The notes below the pieces were generated by a model that did no database searches, was not told where the DNA came from, and saw nothing but the letters and a program-made list of their open reading frames with translations. From Christensenellaceae bacterium Phil1 (GTDB lineage Bacteria; Bacteroidota; Bacteroidia; Bacteroidales; Bacteroidaceae): DNA of 64,000 nucleotides. Below, piece by piece: positions 18,295 to 28,611 of this stretch (its first letter is position 1; every line of letters starts with the position of its first letter). The position numbers and the translations under genes are program-made. The DNA lies in the NCBI GenBank assembly GCA_963626585.1, contig CAVFYC010000003.1:2432-66431 (forward strand), written 5' to 3'.

Positions 18295-18948
18295 ATGCTT
18301 AATATACAAGTGTTTCCCGTAAACATGATACACGAGAATTGCTACATCGTTTCCGATGAAAGCAAGGAGGCTGTGATTATTGACTGCGGTGCTTTTTTTA
18401 GAGAAGACAAAGAGTGTATCCGAAAATATGTAGAAGAAAAATCATTGGAGATAAAACACCTTATCTGCACCCACGGACATTTTGATCATATACTCGGGAA
18501 CGAATTTGTGTATGAAACATACGGATTGAAACCGGAACTGCATGCCGCAGATGCGATGCTCTATAATCATTGTGGGGAACAAATAGCCCAATTCCTGGGA
18601 GAAAAATTGAACATAACGCTGCCTATATTGGGAGAGTTTGTTGACGAAAATTCTGTGATACATTTCGGCTCCCACGAGTTCACTGTCATTCCAACTCCCG
18701 GGCATACACCGGGTGGCGTTTCCTTTTATTGTAAGGACGAAAACGTATTGTTTAGCGGTGATAGTCTGTTTCGTCGCAGTATTGGACGTACCGATTTCCC
18801 TTATGGCGATGAGCATTTGTTAATATCTAAGTTGCAGGAAAACATTCTGCCTTTGCCCGATTGCACAAAAGTATTCCCAGGACACGGAACTTCTACTACT
18901 ATCGGCGAAGAAAAGATGGAGAATCCATTCTTTACGACAATGTTGTAA
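18295..18948 (+). CDS. MBL-fold metallo-hydrolase (glyoxalase II-like)
   Basis: THGHFDH motif; ..TPGHTPGGVSFY.., ..GDSLF..SIGRTDF. Confidence 0.88.
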   Translation: MLNIQVFPVNMIHENCYIVSDESKEAVIIDCGAFFREDKECIRKYVEEKSLEIKHLICTHGHFDHILGNEFVYETYGLKPELHAADAMLYNHCGEQIAQFLGEKLNITLPILGEFVDENSVIHFGSHEFTVIPTPGHTPGGVSFYCKDENVLFSGDSLFRRSIGRTDFPYGDEHLLISKLQENILPLPDCTKVFPGHGTSTTIGEEKMENPFFTTML

Positions 18949-18969
18949 AAATATTGCTATATCAAAGCA

Positions 18970-21900
18970 TTGAAAAAAATATCAGCGATAGTATTAGCCG
19001 TAGTAGCCTGCGGCTATCTGTTGCTGTTGCTCATTGCGGATATGCCGTTTGTCCAAAAAAAAATGGCAGATTATTTTTCCGAGACCTTGGAAAATAAATT
19101 CGGCACGGAAGTAAAAATAGGTAAGGTTCAGCTTGGATTGTTTAACTCGGTAATTTTTGATGATGTCGAAATAAAAGACCAAGAAAGCCGCAAACTTTTA
19201 ACAGCTGAGAAACTATCTGCAAAAATACAATTGCGCTCGTTGGCGATAGCTCCTATAACAATTAGGACAATAGAACTTTATCGTGCCAATCTTAACCTGA
19301 GAAAGAAAAACGAAGCCAGCCAATATAATTTCCAGTTTATAATAGATTCTCTTTCCTCGGAGAATAAGGAAGAAAAATCATCGCTTGATCTCAAGATAAA
19401 ATCTGTTATACTTAGCAGGTGCAATATAAACTACGACTTGCTAAGCAAACCTTCAAAGCCGACTTTCGATGTAAATCATCTGGCTTTTAGTAATCTCGAT
19501 GCCAGCGTTGGAATTCATGTGATAAAGGGCGATAGCTTTAATGTCAAGTTGCGCAATATCGCTTTCCAAGAAAAGAGTGGATTTGTCTTGGAGAAATGTT
19601 ATGCAAACGCTTCCTTCGGAAAGAAAAATATAGAGATTCCAATTCTAAAACTGAAAACATCTAACGGAAGTCTGGTTGCAAAAAAAATATCATTGACATC
19701 AGACAAAGAAAAAAAGTATTCCGGCGGTGGTGAATTGGAACGATTTCGTCTTTCTCTAAAAGGAATTCGCCCTTTCTTAGGAAAAGATTTGCCGAACGAA
19801 ACTTTTGACATAAGCGCTTCGATACGCGTAAACCGCAACAGGATTACAATTCCAAATTTACGCGTGGCAGAACGTGAAAGAAACGTTTTGCTGCGTGCTA
19901 AGATTGACTTCGAAAATACACAGCGGTTCTTTGTCGATCTAAAAGAACTTAAAGTAAAGCAGGAGTTTGTAAATTCTATCGCAAGATCTTTGGAAGTAAA
20001 TGAAAGCGTAGGAAATGTCGTAAAAAATATAGGTGATGTAAATATTTCTGCCGACATTTTACGTGGAAAACAAACTAAGGTAAATGCAAAAATTGGAACA
20101 GGTATCGGAACCGGCGATGTTGCGATGAGTATTGACGAGAATAAATGTATTGATGTAAGAATTATTTCTCCGAACATTGATATAGGAAAACTTGTGTCCA
20201 ATGAAGATTGGGGTAAAGCTGATTTTAATGCGGAAGCAAGTGTAAAAGACCAAAAAGATTTTTCCTTAAAGTTGAAACTCGCAAGTTTGGAATTTAAGAA
20301 ATATGTCTACAAAAACATTTCGGCAGAGGTTCAAAACAATAAAGATGTAGTTTCTTTTGCGGTCAGTTCCCTTGATCCGAATGTGATTTTGAACGCCAAA
20401 GGAAAAGCGAACGTCCAAGATAAACATATGCCGGAATATAAGTTGGAGGCCGTGGTTAATAAATTTAATCCGGAAGCACTTCGTTTGAGTGAAAAATATC
20501 CTCGAGCAGATTTCTCGGCAAAGATAAATGCTGATATAAAGGGTAACGACATAAAGAATGCTATAGGTTCATTTAATCTCTCTGATTTTTCTGTAGCAAA
20601 TGCTGATACAACGATTAATTTTGGAGATGTAGCAATTAGTTCCAATAATGTAAGTAATGGGAAGCGTATTGTTTTGTCGGGGAATGTATGCGATGCACAA
20701 CTTACGGGAAAGTTTAATACAGAAACTTTGATGCGTAATTTTCTGCACATAGTAAATGCCCAAAACGAAGAAAAAACAATTTGTTCTGACGACAATATTT
20801 TTAATTTTAGAATGCATTTAAAAGATGTCTCGTTGTTGAATTTCCTCGTAGGTTCTGATATAAAATTGTCCCAGGGAGGTGTGGCTTCGGGATACATGGA
20901 TTCGCGCGAAGGACTGTTCCAATTTGAAGCTGCGATACCGGCGGCAATAAAAGGAGAAGATAAGTTTTCTGATATGACTTTATATATGAAAGGAAATAAA
21001 CTGAATACCAAAATGCATCTCCATGCTTCAAAACTTTTGGAGAACGGAAAGGTAGAAATAGAATCGAATGCGGAAAACAAAAACGGAGAACTGGAAAATA
21101 ACTTGCTGTGGAAATCAACTGCAGAACATAGAAATTCGGGAGAAATATCTCATGTCATAAGAATTAATCCTTCTACTCCCAATCATATAGAAACAGAGAT
21201 AAAACCTTCGATTATAGTAATAGACGATACGGTGTGGAATATTTCGGCATCAAAAATAATTTACGACAACTCAAAACTTTATATAGATGGGTTGAGTTTT
21301 AAGCATGGTAATAGTGGACTTTCGTTAAATGGAATTGCATCTAAACAAAGTTGCGATTCTTTGCAGGTAGATCTTCATAATGTCAGAATACAAAACGTGC
21401 TTGATTTTGTAGCTTTTGATGACGTGCATTTTGATGGGCAGGCAAACGGTATTGCAAACGTCTCAAATGTATTGGGCGCACCGCATGTAAATGCTGCTTT
21501 GAACGTGAAAGATTTTGTGTTCAATCACGCAAAAATGGGAGATATGGTTCTTGACAGTTATTGGAACAACGATACAAAAAAAATAGAACTCTCTGCGTTG
21601 ATACGCGATGGACAAAATTCTACGAACGTAAGTGGGTTCGTGAATCCTGCAGAAAGTAGTATTGACTTGCGATTTATTTCTAATGGAACCAATGCTTTGT
21701 TTCTAAATGATTTTTTCCCCGATGCGATGCAACTTTCGCAAGGAAGGACTACAGGGAATTTGCGATTGTTCGGAAACCTGCATGCAATGAACCTGGAAGG
21801 CAGACATGTTGTTTCTGGTCTAAAAGTACATGTAGAGCCTTTGGGTACAAATTATACAATTGATAATGATACGGTTTATTTCTCTCCAGATTTGATATCT

Positions 21901-23301
21901 TTCCCATCGTTTAAGCTATATGACGCCTACCATAATAGATCTCTTATGTCGGGGAGTGTAAAGCATAGGGTTTTACACGATTTCTCATATGATATGGAAC
22001 TTGAACCGCAAAATTTTCTTGCATACGATCAAGCGCAGACTGATGAGAATTCTTCTTTTTGGGGTACCGCTTTTGTAGATGGTCATATACACATTTATGG
22101 AGGCTCCGGCTTTTTTACGACAGATGCCAATGTAACACCGCGAAGCAAGACTTTATTTGTTTATAATGCCGACCAACCCGAAAATTCTGACAATGTAGAA
22201 TTGTTGCGGTTTAGGAATGCCGATGAAATTAATGTTTCCTCTGATAGCATCGAGGTCGAAAAGACAGAGAAAAAGAATGATGTAAATACAGATATTCGCT
22301 TGAATTTTAACTTGGACGTTACTCCTGATGCAGAACTTCGTGTTATAATGGACGATAAAACCGGTAATATGATTTCGGCACATGGGCAAGGAAATATAAG
22401 TGCTCACTTTTATAATAAAGGAAGTTTTGATATGTTCGGCCTATATAATATAGAAGATGGAACATATAAGATGAAATTCCAAGACTTGATACAAAAGAAT
22501 TTTATTCTTCGCAATGGAGGCAGGATAACATTCAATGGAAATCCTCTTGCTTGTGCGTTGAATTTGCAGGCGGCTTATACCATTCCTGCTGTATCGCTTG
22601 CGGGAATAAGCATGCAGGGAAGTATGCGTGACAGTTCTGTTCCTGTTGATTGTATAATGAACATTACTGGTAGCGCGTTGCAGCCGTTTGTAAACTTTGA
22701 TATAGATTTGCCGTCGGTGAGCTCAGAACAGAAACAAATGGTACGTTCGCTTATTGCTACCCCCGAAGACATGAACATGCAAGCCATGTATCTATTGTCT
22801 GTAGGGCGTTTTTATACTTACAACTACAATATGGCAAATTCAGCACAAACCCCGAGCCAAACATCGCTTGCCATGAATTCGTTCCTTTCTTCTACATTGT
22901 CGTCCAATATAAACAATCTGCTCCATAATTTCGGCGAAGGTGCAAATAATTGGTCGTTCGGAACAAATCTTGCAACCGGTAACGACGGGTGGAACGACAT
23001 GGATGTTGAAGGTATGTTCACTGGACGTTTGTTTAAGGGCAGACTTTTGATAGACGGGAACCTTGGCTATCGCGATCGCTCGGCTTATAATTCCAATTTT
23101 GTAGGAGATTTTACTGCGCGTTACCTTCTCAATCCGCGTGGCACCATACAATTGAAGGCTTATAACGAGAGTAATGACCGCTATTTCACTAAATCTTCGA
23201 TGACAACCCAAGGCGGTGGAATTCTTTTCCGTAAAAGTTTTACCAAGGTCAGGGATCTTTTCAACAAAAACAGAGCAAAGAAAAAATCCAAGGCAAAGTA
23301 G
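18970..23301 (+). CDS. tamB: Translocation/assembly module protein TamB-like
   Basis: 1443 aa with an N-terminal TM anchor, a long beta-rich body and a C-terminal DUF490-like end (..LKAYNESNDRYFT..GGGILFRKSF). The TTG start is taken from the ORF track. Confidence 0.8.
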   Translation: MKKISAIVLAVVACGYLLLLLIADMPFVQKKMADYFSETLENKFGTEVKIGKVQLGLFNSVIFDDVEIKDQESRKLLTAEKLSAKIQLRSLAIAPITIRTIELYRANLNLRKKNEASQYNFQFIIDSLSSENKEEKSSLDLKIKSVILSRCNINYDLLSKPSKPTFDVNHLAFSNLDASVGIHVIKGDSFNVKLRNIAFQEKSGFVLEKCYANASFGKKNIEIPILKLKTSNGSLVAKKISLTSDKEKKYSGGGELERFRLSLKGIRPFLGKDLPNETFDISASIRVNRNRITIPNLRVAERERNVLLRAKIDFENTQRFFVDLKELKVKQEFVNSIARSLEVNESVGNVVKNIGDVNISADILRGKQTKVNAKIGTGIGTGDVAMSIDENKCIDVRIISPNIDIGKLVSNEDWGKADFNAEASVKDQKDFSLKLKLASLEFKKYVYKNISAEVQNNKDVVSFAVSSLDPNVILNAKGKANVQDKHMPEYKLEAVVNKFNPEALRLSEKYPRADFSAKINADIKGNDIKNAIGSFNLSDFSVANADTTINFGDVAISSNNVSNGKRIVLSGNVCDAQLTGKFNTETLMRNFLHIVNAQNEEKTICSDDNIFNFRMHLKDVSLLNFLVGSDIKLSQGGVASGYMDSREGLFQFEAAIPAAIKGEDKFSDMTLYMKGNKLNTKMHLHASKLLENGKVEIESNAENKNGELENNLLWKSTAEHRNSGEISHVIRINPSTPNHIETEIKPSIIVIDDTVWNISASKIIYDNSKLYIDGLSFKHGNSGLSLNGIASKQSCDSLQVDLHNVRIQNVLDFVAFDDVHFDGQANGIANVSNVLGAPHVNAALNVKDFVFNHAKMGDMVLDSYWNNDTKKIELSALIRDGQNSTNVSGFVNPAESSIDLRFISNGTNALFLNDFFPDAMQLSQGRTTGNLRLFGNLHAMNLEGRHVVSGLKVHVEPLGTNYTIDNDTVYFSPDLISFPSFKLYDAYHNRSLMSGSVKHRVLHDFSYDMELEPQNFLAYDQAQTDENSSFWGTAFVDGHIHIYGGSGFFTTDANVTPRSKTLFVYNADQPENSDNVELLRFRNADEINVSSDSIEVEKTEKKNDVNTDIRLNFNLDVTPDAELRVIMDDKTGNMISAHGQGNISAHFYNKGSFDMFGLYNIEDGTYKMKFQDLIQKNFILRNGGRITFNGNPLACALNLQAAYTIPAVSLAGISMQGSMRDSSVPVDCIMNITGSALQPFVNFDIDLPSVSSEQKQMVRSLIATPEDMNMQAMYLLSVGRFYTYNYNMANSAQTPSQTSLAMNSFLSSTLSSNINNLLHNFGEGANNWSFGTNLATGNDGWNDMDVEGMFTGRLFKGRLLIDGNLGYRDRSAYNSNFVGDFTARYLLNPRGTIQLKAYNESNDRYFTKSSMTTQGGGILFRKSFTKVRDLFNKNRAKKKSKAK

Positions 23302-23372
23302 AATGTTGATGTTGGGTTGATTGTTTGGACTATGCCTATGAGTTATGCCGATTGCCTACTCAATAAATTATG

Positions 23373-23416
23373 AAACCTGCGCCGCAAGTATTTGCGAACG
23401 CAGGTTTTTTGTTTTT
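23373..23416 (+). terminator. Intrinsic terminator after tamB
   Basis: AAACCTGCG (23373-23381) pairs with CGCAGGTTT (23399-23407), followed by TTTTGTTTTT. Confidence 0.7.
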
Positions 23417-23431
23417 CTGCTAAGAAAAATC

Positions 23432-24715
23432 TTATTCTTCTGTAATTATGTCAAAGCCTGTGTAGGGAACGAGTGCTTTAGGTATTCTTATTCCCTCGGG
23501 AGTTTGATTATCTTCAAGCAAAGCGGCAACTATACGCGGGAGTGCAAGAGCCGATCCGTTGAGTGTGTGGCAAAGTTCGATTTTCTTGTCGCTTGCACGG
23601 CGGTAACGGCAATGCAGACGATTTGCCTGGTAGGTATCGAAATTTGAAACCGAACTTACTTCCAACCATCTCTTTTGTGCTTCGGAATAAACCTCAAAGT
23701 CGAAACATATTGAGGAAGTGAAACTCATATCGCCGCCGCAGAGACGCAAAATTCTGTACGGCAATTCCAATTTTACAAGCAGATTCTCTACATGGTCGAG
23801 CATCTCCTGATGACTTTGCTTTGAATGTTCCGGCTTGTCTATCCTTACGAGTTCAATTTTTGAGAACTCGTGCAAACGATTCAAGCCGCGCACGTCTTTT
23901 CCATACGAACCAGCTTCACGGCGAAAGCATTCGGTGTAAGCGCAATTCTTTATCGGCAGATCTTCCTCTTTTAGAATTTCATCGCGATAGATGTTGGTAA
24001 CAGGAACCTCGGCTGTAGGAATAAGATAAAGGTTATCTGTTTGGCAATGATACATCTGTCCTTCTTTGTCGGGGAGTTGTCCTGTGCCGTATCCGGAATC
24101 TTCGTTCACCACAGTGGGAGGTTGTACTTCGCGATAGCCTGCTTTTGTGGCTTCGTCGAGGAAGAAATTAATCAAGGCCCTTTGCAATCTTGCGCCTTTG
24201 CCTGTGTATACGGGGAAACCGGCACCTGAAATCTTCACGCCCAAATCAAAGTCGATTAATTTGTACTTCTTGGCAAGTTCCCAATGGGGCAGGGGATCTT
24301 TTGGTAGCGGTTTTTCTGTTCCGCCCATTTTCTCAACCACATTATCGTTGGAGTCTTTGCCTTCGGGTACTTCGGGATAAGGAACATTAGGTATCGTGAG
24401 CAAAATCTTCTTCATTTCCTCGGCTGCAGCGTTCATTTCGGCCTCCAATTTCTTGGATTCTTCTTTTTTTGCAGCCACTTCGGCTTTCGCAGCTTCGGCC
24501 TCGTCGCGTTTTCCTTCGCGCATAAGTGCGCCAATCTCTTTGGATTTTGCATTCATAGCCTGAAGGATAGCATCGAGTTTGCTTTGAGTTTCGCGTCGCA
24601 AATCGTTTTGCTTGAGCACGGCGTCAATAGCTTCGCGTGCTCCGGCAAAATGCTTTTTCTCCAAGCCTTTTATCACACCGTCTTTGTCTTCGGTGATTTG
24701 TTTTATAGTAAGCAT
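23432..24715 (-). CDS. serS: Seryl-tRNA synthetase
   Basis: MLTIKQI.. coiled-coil N-terminal arm; class II motifs (..FRREAGSYGKD.RGL.R.HEF.K.E.., ..GSALA.PR). Confidence 0.95.
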   Translation of the reverse strand: MLTIKQITEDKDGVIKGLEKKHFAGAREAIDAVLKQNDLRRETQSKLDAILQAMNAKSKEIGALMREGKRDEAEAAKAEVAAKKEESKKLEAEMNAAAEEMKKILLTIPNVPYPEVPEGKDSNDNVVEKMGGTEKPLPKDPLPHWELAKKYKLIDFDLGVKISGAGFPVYTGKGARLQRALINFFLDEATKAGYREVQPPTVVNEDSGYGTGQLPDKEGQMYHCQTDNLYLIPTAEVPVTNIYRDEILKEEDLPIKNCAYTECFRREAGSYGKDVRGLNRLHEFSKIELVRIDKPEHSKQSHQEMLDHVENLLVKLELPYRILRLCGGDMSFTSSICFDFEVYSEAQKRWLEVSSVSNFDTYQANRLHCRYRRASDKKIELCHTLNGSALALPRIVAALLEDNQTPEGIRIPKALVPYTGFDIITEE

Positions 24716-24746
24716 AGCTTTATATTTTGTATTTCGTTTCTATTTG

Positions 24747-24754
24747 CAAAGATA
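24747..24754 (-). promoter_or_regulatory. -7 box TATCTTTG (minus strand) upstream of serS
   Basis: The plus strand reads CAAAGATA, 32 nt upstream of the serS ATG and just below the stop of the upstream gene. Confidence 0.55.
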
Positions 24755-24758
24755 AAAA

Positions 24759-26270
24759 CTAATGTTTTACCATTACTTTTTTATTGCCGATAATGTAGAT
24801 GCCATCGGGCAAGGAGCCTATGGTTGCAGAGTCGGCTTTACTTTTAATTCTTATTCCTTCTGTTGTAAAAATGTCGGTTTTGTCGGCATTCTTATGGGTT
24901 GAAATCTTTTCTATTCCGTTTACCACGCCGTTTATTCTCAGTTCGCGCGAAGCTGCACCGTCGTTGGCGATTGTGAAATAGGCTCTAAACGGTTTGAAAT
25001 CCACTGCATCGGCATCGTCCGAGCCTACATAAACGAATTTCCCGTTTTGAAAGCCGTATATGGTTTGGGAATTGTTGCTCTTGACGTTTTGCAGTTCGGC
25101 GAAAGTGCCGTGGAATAGGTATTTTACGGTTTCTTTCAAATCGGGCGCGCTGATTCCTGCAGAACACTTGAATGAAGAAATCGGTGTTGTGCCCACAACT
25201 TCCACGTTCTCCAGGTTTAGGAACGGTTGCGCCACTTTTGTTTCTATCACATAAGGGTGGTTGGCTTCAAGATGTTCGGTGGATTCAAATTCCAAATCAT
25301 CTGTGTTTTTGTGTTCAACAAAGGCGTATGCCGCGCTAACCCCTGTCTGACTTTTTTCTGCGGCAAAAGGCAGGCATACCGACGACATGTAGCCGTTTAC
25401 ATTGCTTTTGAAACTGCGGTCGTAGCTTGCTTTTTTTGCTGTGAACGAATACATTGCGTCGAACGGGTAGCCGTCGTTAATTACGAGTTCTTCACATTCG
25501 TAGTTGTTTATGATGTCGAATTTTTCTGTAGAACTTGTGGTGGTTTTTACAACGTTCTTAGTGTTGGTAACATAGTTGTCCTTGGGAACGAATACCAGGC
25601 AGTTGGGATTGCCAGGCTCGAGGGCGAAAGCCGTTGAAACGGTGGCCGAATTCAAGTCGATGCTCGTTAGTTTGGTATTGTTTTCCACTATTTTTTGCAG
25701 TTCCGAAACCATTGCATCTGTGAGAGTGCCCGTTACTATCAGGCGCTCGGCGTTGGTAAGTGCGGAATAGTCGGTCGATGCTGTGTAGAGAAACAAATCG
25801 TCAATGTAGAAGTTGTGGGAATCGCCGCTGTTGTTTACGCTGGATATCGTGATTTCTTTTTTAGAAGAGACTTTTCCTCTCAGAAAACTGCTTTTCTTGA
25901 TTATAGAAGACTTTTGGCTGATAATGTTTACGTAGAAATTCTTTTCTTTATAAGGCATGACGCGAAACGTATAGAATGCATCTACGGCTTTGTCCAGTGT
26001 GATTTTTATAGAACCCGGGGTGGTTGATGCTCCAACCTCAACGCAATGATTTCCATGGCGGCAGTCTGTGAATGTCATGCTTTCCCTGTCGAAGGTTGCG
26101 CCTGTATAATCTTCGATTCCTGACAGACCGTCGTTTCCACCGTAGTTCAACGACCAGTCAAAGCGTTCTTCAAACGCGGGAACGTAAACCTGCAAACCGG
26201 AGGTAATTGTCTGTGCTTTGACACCCAAGGAAGTTGCCAACAACAAAGCTAACAATATATATGGTCTCAT
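24759..26270 (-). CDS. Secreted protein with a T9SS C-terminal sorting domain
   Basis: Signal peptide (..SLGVKAQ). The C-terminus ..DIFTTEGIRIKS..GSLPDGIYIIGNKKVMVKH fits the T9SS CTD pattern. The body is unassigned. Confidence 0.7.
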   Translation of the reverse strand: MRPYILLALLLATSLGVKAQTITSGLQVYVPAFEERFDWSLNYGGNDGLSGIEDYTGATFDRESMTFTDCRHGNHCVEVGASTTPGSIKITLDKAVDAFYTFRVMPYKEKNFYVNIISQKSSIIKKSSFLRGKVSSKKEITISSVNNSGDSHNFYIDDLFLYTASTDYSALTNAERLIVTGTLTDAMVSELQKIVENNTKLTSIDLNSATVSTAFALEPGNPNCLVFVPKDNYVTNTKNVVKTTTSSTEKFDIINNYECEELVINDGYPFDAMYSFTAKKASYDRSFKSNVNGYMSSVCLPFAAEKSQTGVSAAYAFVEHKNTDDLEFESTEHLEANHPYVIETKVAQPFLNLENVEVVGTTPISSFKCSAGISAPDLKETVKYLFHGTFAELQNVKSNNSQTIYGFQNGKFVYVGSDDADAVDFKPFRAYFTIANDGAASRELRINGVVNGIEKISTHKNADKTDIFTTEGIRIKSKADSATIGSLPDGIYIIGNKKVMVKH

Positions 26271-26442
26271 TTATTCTTCGTTCTAATGCGGTTATGATAT
26301 TTGTAAGCGAATTTAGCCAAAAAGTTTGTAACGTTGGAAAGTTTAGGGCATTAGTTTTTGATTTTTGCAGTTAAATTTGTCGTAGGCTGTTGTGGGCTGT
26401 TTTTCTTACGTGGATTATTGTAATATTCAGCATGATAGATAT

Positions 26443-26534
26443 AGCAAAAACTCCGACGCATCTAATTTAAATTAGATGCGTCGGAATTTAAATTTGGTGG
26501 CCCGGAGTTTTTACGAGAAGCCTTGTTGTTTTTT
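26443..26534 (+). repeat. Mosaic palindromic intergenic repeat, copy D
   Basis: AGCAAAAACT|CCGACGCATCT|AATTTAAATT|AGATGCGTCGG|AATTTAAATT|TGGTGGCCCGG|AGTTTTTACG|AGAAGCCTTGT+TGTTTTTT. Words start at 26453, 26474, 26495 and 26516. Confidence 0.92.
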
Positions 26535-26581
26535 AGAGGTATGTTTTAGCCCCAAAATGTAGCGATATAGGAAATGCGTGC

Positions 26582-27523
26582 CTATTCTTTTTGATGGGGA
26601 ATTGCTCTGCCGCGCGTTACTGTACGGAAATGGTCGCCTTTGTTTTCCTCCTTGGTTGTGCGCTGAATGGAATCGATAAATGCTTTCTTGGCATTTTCCT
26701 GCTCGTTGGCCGTGCTGTCGGCCGGAAGCGGCTTCTCGGTTTCCTTTGCCTCCTGGCTGTGGAAACGAACCAGCGTTATTTTTGAAAGAAACAGCAGTTT
26801 CACCGTTTCGTTCCAAGGCTCGTCGATATAAATAAAGCCTTCCACCTTTTTGATAGGCATTTTTGAAGCCTGCAGCGTTATCACGTTTTCTCCGTCGCCG
26901 TATATGGGTTGCTGCATGGTTGCTACAGAGTCGTTTTCATACCTTACGGCTATCACGCATTCGGCTGTTTTTCTACCCTCTTTGTAGATAAATTGCGTGG
27001 TGAAGTGCCATTCAAATTTGTCCTTGGGCTTGAATGATGTGTCGGCGGTCATACTGAAAGCCAAAAGGTTTTTGCCCGGTTTGGGAAGGAGCAGCCCGTA
27101 GGTTTTGCCCGTCCAAATGTTTGCCGTGTCGCCTTTCGACGACAGCGCGGCGTAGTTTATTCCCGCGTTGTCCAAGTTGCCGCCCATTGCTTGGATTTCA
27201 TTTTGATAGCGCTTGTTCAGTTTTTCGTAAATGTCGTAAAGCAAATCGGCGTGGCGGGAATAATATTCCAACGATTTATTGAAAGATTCGCGCGAAACCC
27301 CATGTTTCTGCAAAACAGCCTCGGTGTAAACCTCCGTATAATAGTTGGGTTTCTCTGTGTTTTGGGCCATGGCTTGCGCTTCGTGGTAGTCGTACAGAAT
27401 ATTCTCCATCTTGCCCGACGAAATCACGCCCTTGGGAGTGCGCACCTTGCATGAGCCCAACAGAAATATGAGCAAGGCAAGAAGCAAAGGCATTATGTTG
27501 CGGGCAGATTTCATTGGCGGCAA
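26582..27523 (-). CDS. Lipoprotein, tentatively DUF4296-like
   Basis: Lipobox ..FLLGSC. It lies downstream of lspA, as in other Bacteroidetes. The family assignment is from memory of gene context only. Confidence 0.5.
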   Translation of the reverse strand: MPPMKSARNIMPLLLALLIFLLGSCKVRTPKGVISSGKMENILYDYHEAQAMAQNTEKPNYYTEVYTEAVLQKHGVSRESFNKSLEYYSRHADLLYDIYEKLNKRYQNEIQAMGGNLDNAGINYAALSSKGDTANIWTGKTYGLLLPKPGKNLLAFSMTADTSFKPKDKFEWHFTTQFIYKEGRKTAECVIAVRYENDSVATMQQPIYGDGENVITLQASKMPIKKVEGFIYIDEPWNETVKLLFLSKITLVRFHSQEAKETEKPLPADSTANEQENAKKAFIDSIQRTTKEENKGDHFRTVTRGRAIPHQKE

Positions 27524-27529
27524 AATATG

Positions 27530-28180
27530 TCAGACGGTTTCTGTTTTGTCGGTAGATTTAGTTTTTCTTACAGACGTAAGATATTTGCGGTAAAACAACA
27601 AAATAATTATCGAACCGCATGTGATTGCTGAATCGGCAAAGTTGAAAATCGGGGCAAAAAACAAAAAGTGCGTGCCGCCTATTACCGGCAGAGATTCGGG
27701 CAGATACGTGTCGATGAGAGGAAAATAAAACATGTCTACAACCTTGCCCGACATAAAGCTGCCGTATCCGCTACCAAACGAGACGAGGTTGGCTACATCG
27801 TATTCCGTACTTTCGCTGAATATCATGCCGTAGAAAGCGTTGTCGATGATATTTCCGATTGCTCCGGCGATAATCAAGGCAATACAAGCAACGAACCCGG
27901 TGGAAACATTGCGCCTTACTAATTTACTGACATAGTATACCAGAAATCCTACAAACACCAACCGCGCTATGCTGAGAATCAAAGTGCCGGCAATGTTCAC
28001 TCCAAAAGCCATTCCGCTGTTTTCCACGAAATAGAGATACATCCAGGATGTGATTTCGCGCGCTTCGTGGAGCGTGAAATTGGTCTTGACCTCAAACTTG
28101 ATTAACTGGTCGATAATTATAACGGCAGCGACAATTGCCACTGCCGTTATAGTATTGATTTTTCTCTTTGAAATCTGCAC
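27530..28180 (-). CDS. lspA: Lipoprotein signal peptidase (signal peptidase II)
   Basis: ..VENSGMAFGV.., ..FNFADSAI.. catalytic Asp motifs; 4 TM helices. Confidence 0.9.
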   Translation of the reverse strand: MQISKRKINTITAVAIVAAVIIIDQLIKFEVKTNFTLHEAREITSWMYLYFVENSGMAFGVNIAGTLILSIARLVFVGFLVYYVSKLVRRNVSTGFVACIALIIAGAIGNIIDNAFYGMIFSESTEYDVANLVSFGSGYGSFMSGKVVDMFYFPLIDTYLPESLPVIGGTHFLFFAPIFNFADSAITCGSIIILLFYRKYLTSVRKTKSTDKTETV

Positions 28181-28193
28181 AATAAAAGATTGA

Positions 28194-28589
28194 TCAGTTT
28201 CTGTGTTTCTGCTTGTTCAGCATCTCTTTGGCCTCGATAGAAAGAGTAGCATGGGGCACAATGCGCAAACGCTCCTTGGGAATGAGTTTCCCCGTTACGC
28301 GACACACACCATACGTCTTGTTCTCGATTCTAACAAGTGCCTGCTGTAAATCTCTTATGAACTTTTGCTGGCGAGCGCACATAGTGGTAAGTTCCTCTTT
28401 TTCTTGAGTAATGGAACCCTCTTCCAAAACTTTGAACGTAGGGGAAGTGTCGATAACGTCGTTTCCGGCTTTGTTTGTAAGCACCGACATCATCTGGTTG
28501 TACTCCCGTTTTGCCATTTCGAGCTTTTTGAGAATAATGTCCTTGAATTCCGCGAGTTCCTCATCGCTGTACCTTGTTCTGTCAGCCAT
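28194..28589 (-). CDS. DksA/TraR-family zinc-finger-like protein
   Basis: ..AL.RIENKTYGVCRVTGKLIPKERLRIVPHATLSIEAK. It sits between ileS and lspA, the conserved Bacteroidetes order. Confidence 0.8.
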   Translation of the reverse strand: MADRTRYSDEELAEFKDIILKKLEMAKREYNQMMSVLTNKAGNDVIDTSPTFKVLEEGSITQEKEELTTMCARQQKFIRDLQQALVRIENKTYGVCRVTGKLIPKERLRIVPHATLSIEAKEMLNKQKHRN

Positions 28590-28611
28590 TGTCTTAGGGA
28601 TTTAAGAGTGG

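Noticed and set aside
27526-27536. ATGTCAGACGG at the lspA stop resembles the ATGTCAGACAT word.
   Set aside because: It is an isolated match with two mismatches at the 3' end (9 of 11 positions), overlaps the lspA stop codon and lacks spacers, so I treat it as coincidental.
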